A stretch of DNA of 64,000 nt, from positions 43,732 to 107,731 of the IMG/VR virus record IMGVR_UViG_3300042372_000291; one strand, given 5' to 3'. This stretch comes from a virus (Duplodnaviria > Caudoviricetes). Below are positions 55,527 to 64,000 of the stretch, piece after piece (within the stretch, counting starts at the first letter, position 1; the number at the start of each line of letters is the position of its first letter). Position numbers and translations under genes: made by a program. The notes beneath the pieces are model-generated. The model saw only the letters and a program-made list of their open reading frames with translations. It did no database searches and had not been told where the DNA came from.

Positions 55527-56254
55527 ATGTATGTTTTTTTACTCCACCATCTATTTTTATAAGTTCTAATAAAATCTATTTTAGATGCACTTTGTTCGTT
55601 ATGTTCATATTTTGGATCAAAGTCAACGCTTTCAGATTTCCAATCATCTCTTTTAAAAGGAAGTATTTGAGCTATTGGTGTTCCTTCTTCTATAATTCCT
55701 TCAAAACCTTCTTTAAGAAAAAATGGAAACTGTAGTGCGTTTGGATGTTTATCAGTATCAACTACTCCACCAATAGTTGTAAATGGTAAATCGTGTCTTT
55801 GATGTGGATGAGTAATTAATGTGCTATATCCTTTTGGTGTTCTTATTCCCCAATATGTAATCCACCTAAAAAAATCTGGACAATGGCCAAATGGAATTGG
55901 ATAATTAGATAACCCCTCATACCCTTTATGCTCTAATGGTTTCCAGTGAACTGCCCAAGATATTCTTGGCATGTATGAAGACTCTGACACATTTTCAACC
56001 ATTATGGCAGATGATAAAGTTACTGTATACCCAGATGTTAATGAATCAACTATTGGAACACATAGTTTATACGTGCCAATCCCACCCTTTTTTATTAGAG
56101 AAAAATCATCACCGTTGCCAGTTGTAAATAATGTATCATTTTTATACCAGTTTGGAACACACTGAGTTGATGGTTTTGGTGGCTGCATTAACGTTGGAAC
56201 AAAATCATGTAATGGCTCAAACTGAATAATTTTTGTTTTATTATTTTTCTTCAT
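55523..56254 (-). CDS. dUTPase-like fold paralog 6 (DUF6065-like)
   Basis: PNWYK, TPKGYS, GVVDTD, EGTPIAQILPFKR. Confidence 0.7.
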   Translation of the reverse strand: MKKNNKTKIIQFEPLHDFVPTLMQPPKPSTQCVPNWYKNDTLFTTGNGDDFSLIKKGGIGTYKLCVPIVDSLTSGYTVTLSSAIMVENVSESSYMPRISWAVHWKPLEHKGYEGLSNYPIPFGHCPDFFRWITYWGIRTPKGYSTLITHPHQRHDLPFTTIGGVVDTDKHPNALQFPFFLKEGFEGIIEEGTPIAQILPFKRDDWKSESVDFDPKYEHNEQSASKIDFIRTYKNRWWSKKTYI

Positions 56255-57461
56255 AGTCTTTGTACCTATAATATCCTTTATCAAAATCTGCTTGTACTAA
56301 AAAATCTCCCATAAATCCATTACGATTTTTTCTAAATGCACATTCAATTATATCGCTATTGGCCCCACGACCTAATGCTAGAACCCAGTCAGCATCATAT
56401 GCAATTTGTCTTGACCAAGATGTTTGCCCTAAAGTTGGAACAGTACTCATATTAGTAACATCGTCTGGTGTAGCAGAAGAAATAGCAATAATAGGAATTT
56501 CTTCACTAATAGACATAAGCTTTAATTCACGAGAAAGATTTTTCATACGAACAGTTTCATTATCTGATTTTTGGTTTGGTGCCATAAGTTGTAGGTAATC
56601 TACAATAATAAAATCTGGTTTATATTGATCAATCTTTCCACGAATAACAGATGGATTAATTTCTCCACCGCTATCATTAGAAATAATATGGAATGGTGGC
56701 TTACCTTCAATCTTATTTTCATGCCACTTTTTCAGCATATCTATCTCAATGTCTCCATTTGAAATCTTGCGATGTGACCAAAGACCTTCACCCATAATCG
56801 CAAATACACGATTACGAACTTCTGTCTCAGACATTTCAAGACTTATAATCATTGGAGTTTTGCCCTGTTTCCATGCCTGTACGGCAAAGTAAAGAGCAAG
56901 CCAGGATTTGCCAATACCTGGATACGCCAAGAAAATACCTAATTGCCCTGGCATAATTCCTGAAGGGAGATAATTGTCAAACCCTGGCAAGCCTGTTTTT
57001 ATTCCAATTTTGCCAAGTTCTTGCTGCTTCTTTACATTTTCAAAATAAGCTATTGCAGACTGAATATCAGTTGCATCGATATCACGAATAGCAGATGTAT
57101 TCTTTTTTAGTTCTGATGTTTTTGTGATTAATCCTTCTAACGCCTTTACACCTTGACCACCCTGCACATCAGTTGCAGCATTACGAATAATATCTTTAAG
57201 GCTATCGTTTAAATAATCTGCCTGAAGCTCTTCCAAATGATGTTTAGTAGTTCCTACTCCAGACACTGGCGAAAAGTCTCTAAATTTTTCAACTACTAAT
57301 GATGAAGGTGGAACTGTTCCATTAGTCTCAGCATACCTTTTAATAAAATTCCATACATCATTATGAGTTCGCAAAAGTCCATCTATATTGGCTTGTAGGA
57401 GTACGTGAACCTGCTTATCTTCTAATACTGCACTTATTACTTTTGCTTCCGAGTTACTCAC
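56241..57461 (-). CDS. dnaB: Replicative DnaB-like helicase
   Basis: AYPGIGKS, SLEMS, IVDYLQL, DAD, KNRNG. Confidence 0.92.
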   Translation of the reverse strand: MSNSEAKVISAVLEDKQVHVLLQANIDGLLRTHNDVWNFIKRYAETNGTVPPSSLVVEKFRDFSPVSGVGTTKHHLEELQADYLNDSLKDIIRNAATDVQGGQGVKALEGLITKTSELKKNTSAIRDIDATDIQSAIAYFENVKKQQELGKIGIKTGLPGFDNYLPSGIMPGQLGIFLAYPGIGKSWLALYFAVQAWKQGKTPMIISLEMSETEVRNRVFAIMGEGLWSHRKISNGDIEIDMLKKWHENKIEGKPPFHIISNDSGGEINPSVIRGKIDQYKPDFIIVDYLQLMAPNQKSDNETVRMKNLSRELKLMSISEEIPIIAISSATPDDVTNMSTVPTLGQTSWSRQIAYDADWVLALGRGANSDIIECAFRKNRNGFMGDFLVQADFDKGYYRYKDYEEK

Positions 57462-57762
57462 TTAACCACTTCCTAGCTAATTCTCTACGCTCTTTGCGTT
57501 CTTTAATATCTTGCTCTGTAGCACTTCTACCACTAAGAATTTCTTGTGCATTGTATGCAAAAAAGTTCCAGCTTGGATTTTGAGCTATACTAAAATAATA
57601 TTCTAATAAGTCATAGCAAACGCCAATGCCATAAGACTCTACTAAGGCATCTGCAGCCCATTGCTCAACGTTAAGATTGAGATTAGACTTTTGCTCATAT
57701 CTCTGCAAATGAAACTTATTGTAGCGACTGAGCAAAGCCATTCGGTCTTTGCGGTCTGCCAC
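57454..57762 (-). CDS. Hypothetical protein (possible helicase-loader partner)
   Basis: Coupled upstream of dnaB. Confidence 0.7.
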   Translation of the reverse strand: MADRKDRMALLSRYNKFHLQRYEQKSNLNLNVEQWAADALVESYGIGVCYDLLEYYFSIAQNPSWNFFAYNAQEILSGRSATEQDIKERKERRELARKWLSE

Positions 57763-57764
57763 AA

Positions 57765-57992
57765 TTATTCTTCTGTAATCTCTGTTTTTGCTTCTTGAAC
57801 TTTTTCAATAACCTTTGCTTCTACAAAATCATAAACACGATTCATAGCATCATTGGTTGTTTCTCCATCACGAACGTGATCAACAACACCAAGATCAACT
57901 CGCAAAGATTGGAAATTACCTAGATTAAGCGTATATCCAAGTGTTACATTTACTTTTGTTTCATTTCTTTCTTCCACCACTGCCTCCTTCAT
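57765..57992 (-). CDS. Conserved phage protein (LGYTLNLGNFQSLR)
   Basis: Recognisable motif. Confidence 0.75.
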   Translation of the reverse strand: MKEAVVEERNETKVNVTLGYTLNLGNFQSLRVDLGVVDHVRDGETTNDAMNRVYDFVEAKVIEKVQEAKTEITEE

Positions 57993-57995
57993 AGG

Positions 57996-58541
57996 CTAAT
58001 TAATGCTCTCTCCCCAAACAGGGATAAATCTGCCATCTTCAGTCTTTGTATAAACCAGTATACCATCGCCCATTTTTCTTGTCAATTCTTGCGAAGTAGG
58101 TATAGAATTATTTGTTATTAAATTGTCTTTTCTTGGTCTACCATTATGTATAGTTGCCAGTATATCACGAATGTTTTTTATTTGTGATTCAGAGTAGTAG
58201 GATCTTATTTGCCATCCACGCTCTCCATTAACTTTAGCTCCAACTGGTGCAGGAATAATTCCTTTTTTAATTAAATAAGGAAAATACTTACGATGCCTAT
58301 TGACAAGACGTGCAGTTTCTGCTACAGTATATGCTCTTTGTCTATTTTTTCTAAAATCAGTACGCATACATGTTTCTAGTCTGTCTTTTGTAATATTATA
58401 AACAGTAACCATTCCAGTAGAACGAGAGCTATGATGAAGCCTTACTAAATCATTATTTAAAAACCAGAGTGTTTTATTACCAGGGATTACAGGCTGGCTA
58501 TTGTACGATTCGCTCTTGTCTGCTCTATTTTTAGAAGCCAT
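57996..58541 (-). CDS. MerR-like HTH DNA-binding protein
   Basis: YTV.ETA..V.RH......G.IP.P....R.YY.E. Confidence 0.65.
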   Translation of the reverse strand: MASKNRADKSESYNSQPVIPGNKTLWFLNNDLVRLHHSSRSTGMVTVYNITKDRLETCMRTDFRKNRQRAYTVAETARLVNRHRKYFPYLIKKGIIPAPVGAKVNGERGWQIRSYYSESQIKNIRDILATIHNGRPRKDNLITNNSIPTSQELTRKMGDGILVYTKTEDGRFIPVWGESIN

Positions 58542-58696
58542 GAGCCCTCCTGAGATTGTGAAGGCGGATGAAAAAATTTTCTAAAACCACAAGAAATGCA
58601 ATACGTTTCAAGGTGCATTTCGCTAGAAAACAATCTATCAACAAACATTCTCCCACTACACTTTTTGCAATAAATCATATTAGTTTGGAACACCAA
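58487..58696 (-). CDS. Zn-ribbon protein
   Basis: CKKC.GRMF.D...C..CG. Confidence 0.7.
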   Translation of the reverse strand: MVFQTNMIYCKKCSGRMFVDRLFSSEMHLETYCISCGFRKFFHPPSQSQEGSWLLKIEQTRANRTIASL

Positions 58697-59123
58697 CTGC
58701 TATTAAATGTACAGAAACTGAAAGATCTCCCGATGCATTAAATCTAACTATTCCATTTACACCAGATGTTGTAATGCTTGTTAACACAACTGTTACATTT
58801 TGTCCTGCCTGTGTACCGCCTATGTTTACTGGCGATGCTGTTGCTACTGGAGCATACTTAAAACCAGTATCAAATGTAATAGAAAATGATTTTTCATTTC
58901 CAGCGTTTACAATTGAGTTATTGGCAACATTAACAATTTTTGCAACTACTCTTGCTTGAGATGTTGGAATGTTTTGTGTTCCTGCAGAAATTGTATCTAT
59001 AGTTGTATAGTTATAAACGCTACTAGAAATGCTATCCGACATATCATTAAAAGCGTCGGCAAGCTGATAGATGTACGAAACATCCAAAGGCTGCCCTCGT
59101 TCTGGTAGTGGTATTTTTGCCAT
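58680..59123 (-). CDS. Putative virion/tail protein (H-type lectin-like C-terminus)
   Basis: F...F...P.......V.L..IT.SG pattern. Confidence 0.6.
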   Translation of the reverse strand: MAKIPLPERGQPLDVSYIYQLADAFNDMSDSISSSVYNYTTIDTISAGTQNIPTSQARVVAKIVNVANNSIVNAGNEKSFSITFDTGFKYAPVATASPVNIGGTQAGQNVTVVLTSITTSGVNGIVRFNASGDLSVSVHLIAVGVPN

Positions 59124-59141
59124 TATCTCTCCATTATATCA

Positions 59142-59675
59142 CTAAACTGTTTCATTTAAAAGTCTATATACTTTTAAAAACGGTGTTCCAGGAGCTCCGT
59201 CTGCTCTTTCTACTGGATCTCCTTTTAAATATATCTCAACGCTTACTCTATTTGGACTTGTTGGCTGAACAACACCGTTGATTGTCCAACTTGATGCAAT
59301 TGGGATTAATAAAGATGTTGTGTCTATTCTTTCTTTATACAGCCAATCTCCGTCACCATCTCCACGATCCCATCTAACCCAAATATCATATTCATGAGAT
59401 TTAGATATTGAATATGTTTTACCATTAGATATTTTTGTTATTTCTACAGAATCCCAAACAATAGAAGCGGCATCTCCTGTTTTATTAAAAACTATATCTC
59501 CAGAAACAAAAGTATAATCTGGTTGTATTAGTTGAATGGGAGACCAGTGAGATGTTCTGTTTCTATCTTCTGAAACAACTCTATATCTAACATCGTAACC
59601 CTCATATATACTGCTTATAGCAGGCATGTCAGATATTGTGACCCTAAATTGTTTAATTCCGCTATCTGCCATCAC
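59142..59675 (-). CDS. Putative virion structural protein
   Basis: RYRVVSEDRNRTSHWSP; in structural operon. Confidence 0.6.
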   Translation of the reverse strand: MMADSGIKQFRVTISDMPAISSIYEGYDVRYRVVSEDRNRTSHWSPIQLIQPDYTFVSGDIVFNKTGDAASIVWDSVEITKISNGKTYSISKSHEYDIWVRWDRGDGDGDWLYKERIDTTSLLIPIASSWTINGVVQPTSPNRVSVEIYLKGDPVERADGAPGTPFLKVYRLLNETV

Positions 59676-60826
59676 GTTACTCCAACAGAAAATCTAAACT
59701 CTATGTAATTACTTGTATTTGATGCTTTAGTGATTGTAGTAGCATCTGAATTTTTTACAACTGTATATCCAGTCATACCGTAAATAGGATTGACTGTAGA
59801 AACATTTTCAAGTCTAAGAGCGTCTAGTGCAATATAATATTGATCTGATGGAACATTGTCTACCATTGCACAAGCATATATTTTTACAACAGTTACAGCA
59901 TTCCAAGTAAAGTTTGGTGTTATATATAAATCCTGTAGTTGTGTTGAAACTACATAATATCTATTATCGTCTAGATTGTATTCTCCACCACCAGTACCGC
60001 CACTATTTTCTAACTCTATTTCAAATCTAGCAAAGTTGTCTGATGATGGATCGTCTGTAGAAGCAAAATCTATTAAAATTCTTACAATGTCTGGTGCAGA
60101 TGTAGAATCTCCGTCTTTATTTATAACAGAAAAAGCAAATCTTAATTCATCTGTTGGTGAATTTCTAGTAAAATCAACATCTGGGCTTGTTAGATGTATG
60201 TGATTAGATCCAGGCTCTACATAAAAATGTCCAGCAGGCGATCCTGTTGACATATCTATTGTTATATCAGAATCATCTCCACGCATAACAATCATATTAT
60301 TTAAAAATCTACAACGCTCATATCTTTCTGGTCTTGGAGATTTAAAAAATATTGCATTGTCAGCATTAGTTTGAAATACTAAATCATTAGTTGCAATTAT
60401 ATTATCATCATCTGGATCGTCAAGTGGCTCTGATATTGTGGGAATTGCTGTAGCTGCTGTTGATGTATGGTGCTGCCAATTTTCTCCTTGTGTAAAAGCA
60501 AATACAGTTTTACTATCATATGCTCCAGCTGAGGGGTTAGATCCTGCAGAATATAATCCTATTTCTGTTATTTCATATCTTTCTTCTGTTGGTAGCTCTG
60601 CTGTTAATACTATTTTTTCAGTGCCATCATCATTTATAAAACCTCGTGAAGAAATTGGAACACGGAACATTTCAAAATCTAAGTTTTCTTTTTCTGAATA
60701 ATCCCCGTAAGGTGTAGCAGTTAATAATGGCTGGGCACCGCAGCCTACAGCTATATATGAAGCATAAGCTGGTGCTTGACCAATTAAATATTTTCCAATT
60801 ATGGATTTGCCTTTATCAGTTATCAT
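59672..60826 (-). CDS. Putative tail/baseplate protein
   Basis: MIT..G...I, YIAVG.G, ITEIGLY tail-collar-like N-terminus. Confidence 0.65.
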   Translation of the reverse strand: MITDKGKSIIGKYLIGQAPAYASYIAVGCGAQPLLTATPYGDYSEKENLDFEMFRVPISSRGFINDDGTEKIVLTAELPTEERYEITEIGLYSAGSNPSAGAYDSKTVFAFTQGENWQHHTSTAATAIPTISEPLDDPDDDNIIATNDLVFQTNADNAIFFKSPRPERYERCRFLNNMIVMRGDDSDITIDMSTGSPAGHFYVEPGSNHIHLTSPDVDFTRNSPTDELRFAFSVINKDGDSTSAPDIVRILIDFASTDDPSSDNFARFEIELENSGGTGGGEYNLDDNRYYVVSTQLQDLYITPNFTWNAVTVVKIYACAMVDNVPSDQYYIALDALRLENVSTVNPIYGMTGYTVVKNSDATTITKASNTSNYIEFRFSVGVT

Positions 60827-61620
60827 AATTCCGCCTCATATATTGTACCACTAGTCGTTATCTGTACCTCTACCTGCTCGTCTTCTTCTAGGTTTACAGC
60901 TTCTACAACTAAGTCTCCAGTCTCTGGATCTATATAAACATTTGCTCCTGCAGGCCCATTTCCAATATTTGGTATTTTATTATTTAATTTAATTGCAAAA
61001 TTTTGAAAGTATTTATCTGATGTTGATTGAAGAGCAATAATATTATTGGGATTATACTCTTGCTGTATTCTGGCTAAATTTTTAATAGGTTGATAAATAA
61101 TATTTTGACCATTAACAGTATCGCTTCTAGCAATATTGATTAACTCTTGACCCCCAATATTTTCAAATATTAAGTCTGTCATTAACTCTATTGGTATTGA
61201 TCCTTCATTTAACAATATTGTATCTATTGGTGCAGTCTTAACTGGTTCTGGTGCAGCCTGAGTTACTACTGGAGATGAAACAAGAGACGTAGATAAAGGT
61301 ACTGGTGGAGTTGGTGCTACTGGAGTTGTGTCTGGCTGTACTGATCCAGTATTTGTATTGCTTGCAACCTCAGTTGTTGATACATTTGGAACATTAAGAT
61401 ATGGTCTATGCCCAGCATTAGAAACTACGCCAGCATTAGACCTTACGGTTCCCCAGCCCCAATGAATACCCTTTTGCGATCCAACACCTATTAACTGATT
61501 GTCTTCATTAAAATATGGAACAGTATATTCTGGATTACCTGTCCACTGTTTTTGTCTTTCTGTTCCAAGAGAGTCCCATAAATGTTGTGGTATCTCAATC
61601 CCATTTAACTGTGGCATCAT
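60823..61620 (-). CDS. Putative virion structural protein
   Basis: Coupled in structural operon. Confidence 0.6.
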   Translation of the reverse strand: MMPQLNGIEIPQHLWDSLGTERQKQWTGNPEYTVPYFNEDNQLIGVGSQKGIHWGWGTVRSNAGVVSNAGHRPYLNVPNVSTTEVASNTNTGSVQPDTTPVAPTPPVPLSTSLVSSPVVTQAAPEPVKTAPIDTILLNEGSIPIELMTDLIFENIGGQELINIARSDTVNGQNIIYQPIKNLARIQQEYNPNNIIALQSTSDKYFQNFAIKLNNKIPNIGNGPAGANVYIDPETGDLVVEAVNLEEDEQVEVQITTSGTIYEAEL

Positions 61621-64000
61621 ACCTCACTCAAATAAACTATCATTGAAGGCCCTGTATTATTTCTAGAATATTCAATATTATACACCACAAATCTTTCTCC
61701 AGAATCAGCAACTAAGTCTAGTCCGTCACTATTTTGATATGACACTGTAACTATATCTCCAAGTTGTAGAGTTGGAATAGAGAATAGATTTATACCTATA
61801 GACTTTCTTGGATTCATTACTTTTTCAATAATCCAACCCATTAACTTATTAGCATCGTCCTGTGTTTGAATGTATGGGCTATCTATAGTAAATTCATTAT
61901 TTCCATAAATTAAACGACTAAGTTTAATTTTGTCATATTTTTGCTGCTCTACCGTTGGAGAAACAACAAGAACACTTCCACTGAGTTGTGGAGTAGAAAA
62001 ATTAGATCTCTTAGCAAAATATTCATCTACTGTTAATTCATGAGATGTGTCTTGTGTAAATGTAATACCCTGGATTCTTAAATAGTTTCCTGTAGTTTCA
62101 TCTAATGATAATGCTTTATCGGTATTATTAAATATTAAAAACTCTGCCCCATAAGAATCTGCCTGAAAACCAGAAACTGTGTATCCCTTTATTCTATTAA
62201 ATGTTGGAGATAACTTAGCATATAAAGCTGGGTAAGCACGATCATACTTAATATCAAAATATGCACATTCACGCATAATGGTGCCAAATTCTTCATAATA
62301 CATTTTATAAGATGGCGGTTGCTGAGAGCTTAACCCAGATAGATATGTTGAATTTACTATACCACTCATAGCATATTTTCTAAATGACTCATCGGCGTCA
62401 ATTACTCCATCTCCAAATGCAGAGGCATTGGATGCAATAGTGCCTGCGGGTGATCGTAAATCTACTGCTGAAAAAACTGAATTCTGTGCATAGTTTTCTG
62501 ACAAAGCATACAGGTTTTCAAACATCACTCTTGCTGAACCACGAACAAATGGTGCCATATTATTATAAATTGGAAGTGGATCTGTGTCATCTATAACTTT
62601 TATTAATGTGTTATTAATATATAAGTAAAATCTTCTTGTGCCGCCAATATCCTGGTACTCAACTGCTAGGTCGTATACAGTAGGAATTTCTTCTGCAGAC
62701 ATTCTATATTGCCCAGTGAATCTACCGTCATCTACTACCACGCTTGTAATACCTCCCCAAAGTTTAATTGGTATAGCATTACTGTTTGAGGAATCCTTTT
62801 TAATTTTATAAAAAACAACGTTATTAAGAGATATCTCTGATTCTCCAACATCATTTAATTTTAAATATGAATCAATGTTGGCCTCATTCATTGCTATGAT
62901 TTCAAAATAATATCCAACATTAGTTTCTGGATTTAATAATACTGAAATACCTCCAGAGCCACCACCAAGAGTGATACTCTTGCTTGGATCTATTCCAGGT
63001 ACTTGGTAGTATGGGATTGAACCTACTGGAGTTTGACCTCTAACCTCACTACTTTCAATCTTGCCAATAATTCTCATTCTAGCACCAAAATGTTTATAGG
63101 CATTATCTAGTTGTTTATATTGATAAGAAACAAAGTTTAGAGGATTTTCATTTGTTTTAAAAGATGGACCATTCATTACTAAAGCAGATGACTGTATGGT
63201 TCCAGACTGAACTGTTTTTAAAGTATTAGCTTCTGTTTCAGATAGGTAGCTTGTAGCCATAAAATTTTTAATAATGCTATTTCTTGTTGTTGATCTTGCT
63301 ATAGACAAATCCACACCCGCTGCTCCTATGGTTGTAGAAGGTAATGTTGGATCTACTTCTGTTGTAAACAAATATTGTGATTGCATGTTACATCCACGAA
63401 CATAGTTATTATCTGACCAGTAACTATTTAGTCCTGCGTAATGATCTGTAACAGTTGTTCCAAACTGTCCACGCCCATGTTCATAAACAGGTCCAGGCTT
63501 TAATCTTTCAACTCCATTTACTGTTTCATAGTAAGGAACAGAATATATTCTAACGAGTCCAGTCGGATATATTTTTCCATTGAATGGCAAATTTGCAAAA
63601 TATCTTTGGTATTCCTGATTGCTTGTAATCCATACATTACCAGTACCAGTTATATTAAATTGTGCAGCATCATATTTAATTATTTCTCCATTAGCATAAA
63701 AATATCCTTGATACCTTGTTAGCCAATAAATATTTTCACCAAGATCCATTATGTTGTTAACAATATTATTATTTACTACGGTTGGTAATGCGCTAGACAA
63801 ATTTGCATTAAGTGGCATTGCTCCAAGAACATAATTACTTTGTTTTTGTACAGATGAATTAACTGTTTTGGTAAAATCATCACCTGCTACCTCCCATAAA
63901 AGAACTGGAAGATATGTCCAATTTTTTTCACGATCAATCATTGATGCTAGCTTTATTGATGGATAAGTTCTTTGAATATATCTAGTTGTATAATTTATCT
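61617..64000 (-). CDS. Large tail/structural protein, 5' partial
   Basis: Reading frame stays open to the window edge. Confidence 0.7.
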   Translation of the reverse strand, partial: INYTTRYIQRTYPSIKLASMIDREKNWTYLPVLLWEVAGDDFTKTVNSSVQKQSNYVLGAMPLNANLSSALPTVVNNNIVNNIMDLGENIYWLTRYQGYFYANGEIIKYDAAQFNITGTGNVWITSNQEYQRYFANLPFNGKIYPTGLVRIYSVPYYETVNGVERLKPGPVYEHGRGQFGTTVTDHYAGLNSYWSDNNYVRGCNMQSQYLFTTEVDPTLPSTTIGAAGVDLSIARSTTRNSIIKNFMATSYLSETEANTLKTVQSGTIQSSALVMNGPSFKTNENPLNFVSYQYKQLDNAYKHFGARMRIIGKIESSEVRGQTPVGSIPYYQVPGIDPSKSITLGGGSGGISVLLNPETNVGYYFEIIAMNEANIDSYLKLNDVGESEISLNNVVFYKIKKDSSNSNAIPIKLWGGITSVVVDDGRFTGQYRMSAEEIPTVYDLAVEYQDIGGTRRFYLYINNTLIKVIDDTDPLPIYNNMAPFVRGSARVMFENLYALSENYAQNSVFSAVDLRSPAGTIASNASAFGDGVIDADESFRKYAMSGIVNSTYLSGLSSQQPPSYKMYYEEFGTIMRECAYFDIKYDRAYPALYAKLSPTFNRIKGYTVSGFQADSYGAEFLIFNNTDKALSLDETTGNYLRIQGITFTQDTSHELTVDEYFAKRSNFSTPQLSGSVLVVSPTVEQQKYDKIKLSRLIYGNNEFTIDSPYIQTQDDANKLMGWIIEKVMNPRKSIGINLFSIPTLQLGDIVTVSYQNSDGLDLVADSGERFVVYNIEYSRNNTGPSMIVYLSEV

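Larger units (their letters stand above)
1..64000. other. Fragment of a large tailed phage genome, probable actinophage
   Basis: Terminase, DnaE/DnaB/primase/RecA, endolysin, tRNAs, whiB, dense small ORFs; no host housekeeping operons. Confidence 0.92.

Noticed and set aside
1-64000. Stop-codon reassignment or suppressor tRNA
   Set aside because: Core genes are full length in the standard code, all three stop codons are used, and no suppressor anticodon was found

Overview
This window is an AT-rich fragment of a large tailed dsDNA phage genome. The host is probably a freshwater-type actinobacterium, inferred from whiB, an actinobacterial 7Fe ferredoxin and many leaderless genes. The layout has four parts. 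(1) 1-11.6 kb is an early region of small ORFs built from repeated regulatory cassettes. (2) 11.65-12.33 kb is a non-coding, origin-like region with iteron-like repeats and DnaA boxes. (3) 12.3-36 kb is an accessory region with SSB, ferredoxin, 9 tRNAs in two clusters, a glycosylation island, Trp halogenase, an APS kinase fusion, WhiB, thioredoxin, Hsp20 and proteases. (4) 36.9-64 kb holds minus-strand lysis, surface-protein, terminase, recombination/replication (RuvC, Cas4-like, RecA, DnaE, SSB, primase, DnaB) and virion genes. The most striking unexplained signals are: eight copies of a covarying ~28-nt H-type RNA pseudoknot at early transcript 3' ends; a stand-alone small RNA carrying that pseudoknot plus anti-Shine-Dalgarno loops; ten CRP/GlxR-type boxes and WhiA-type GACAC motifs at early promoters; and eight dispersed paralogs of a dUTPase-like-fold protein. 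All family assignments come from motif recognition by eye, not from database searches.
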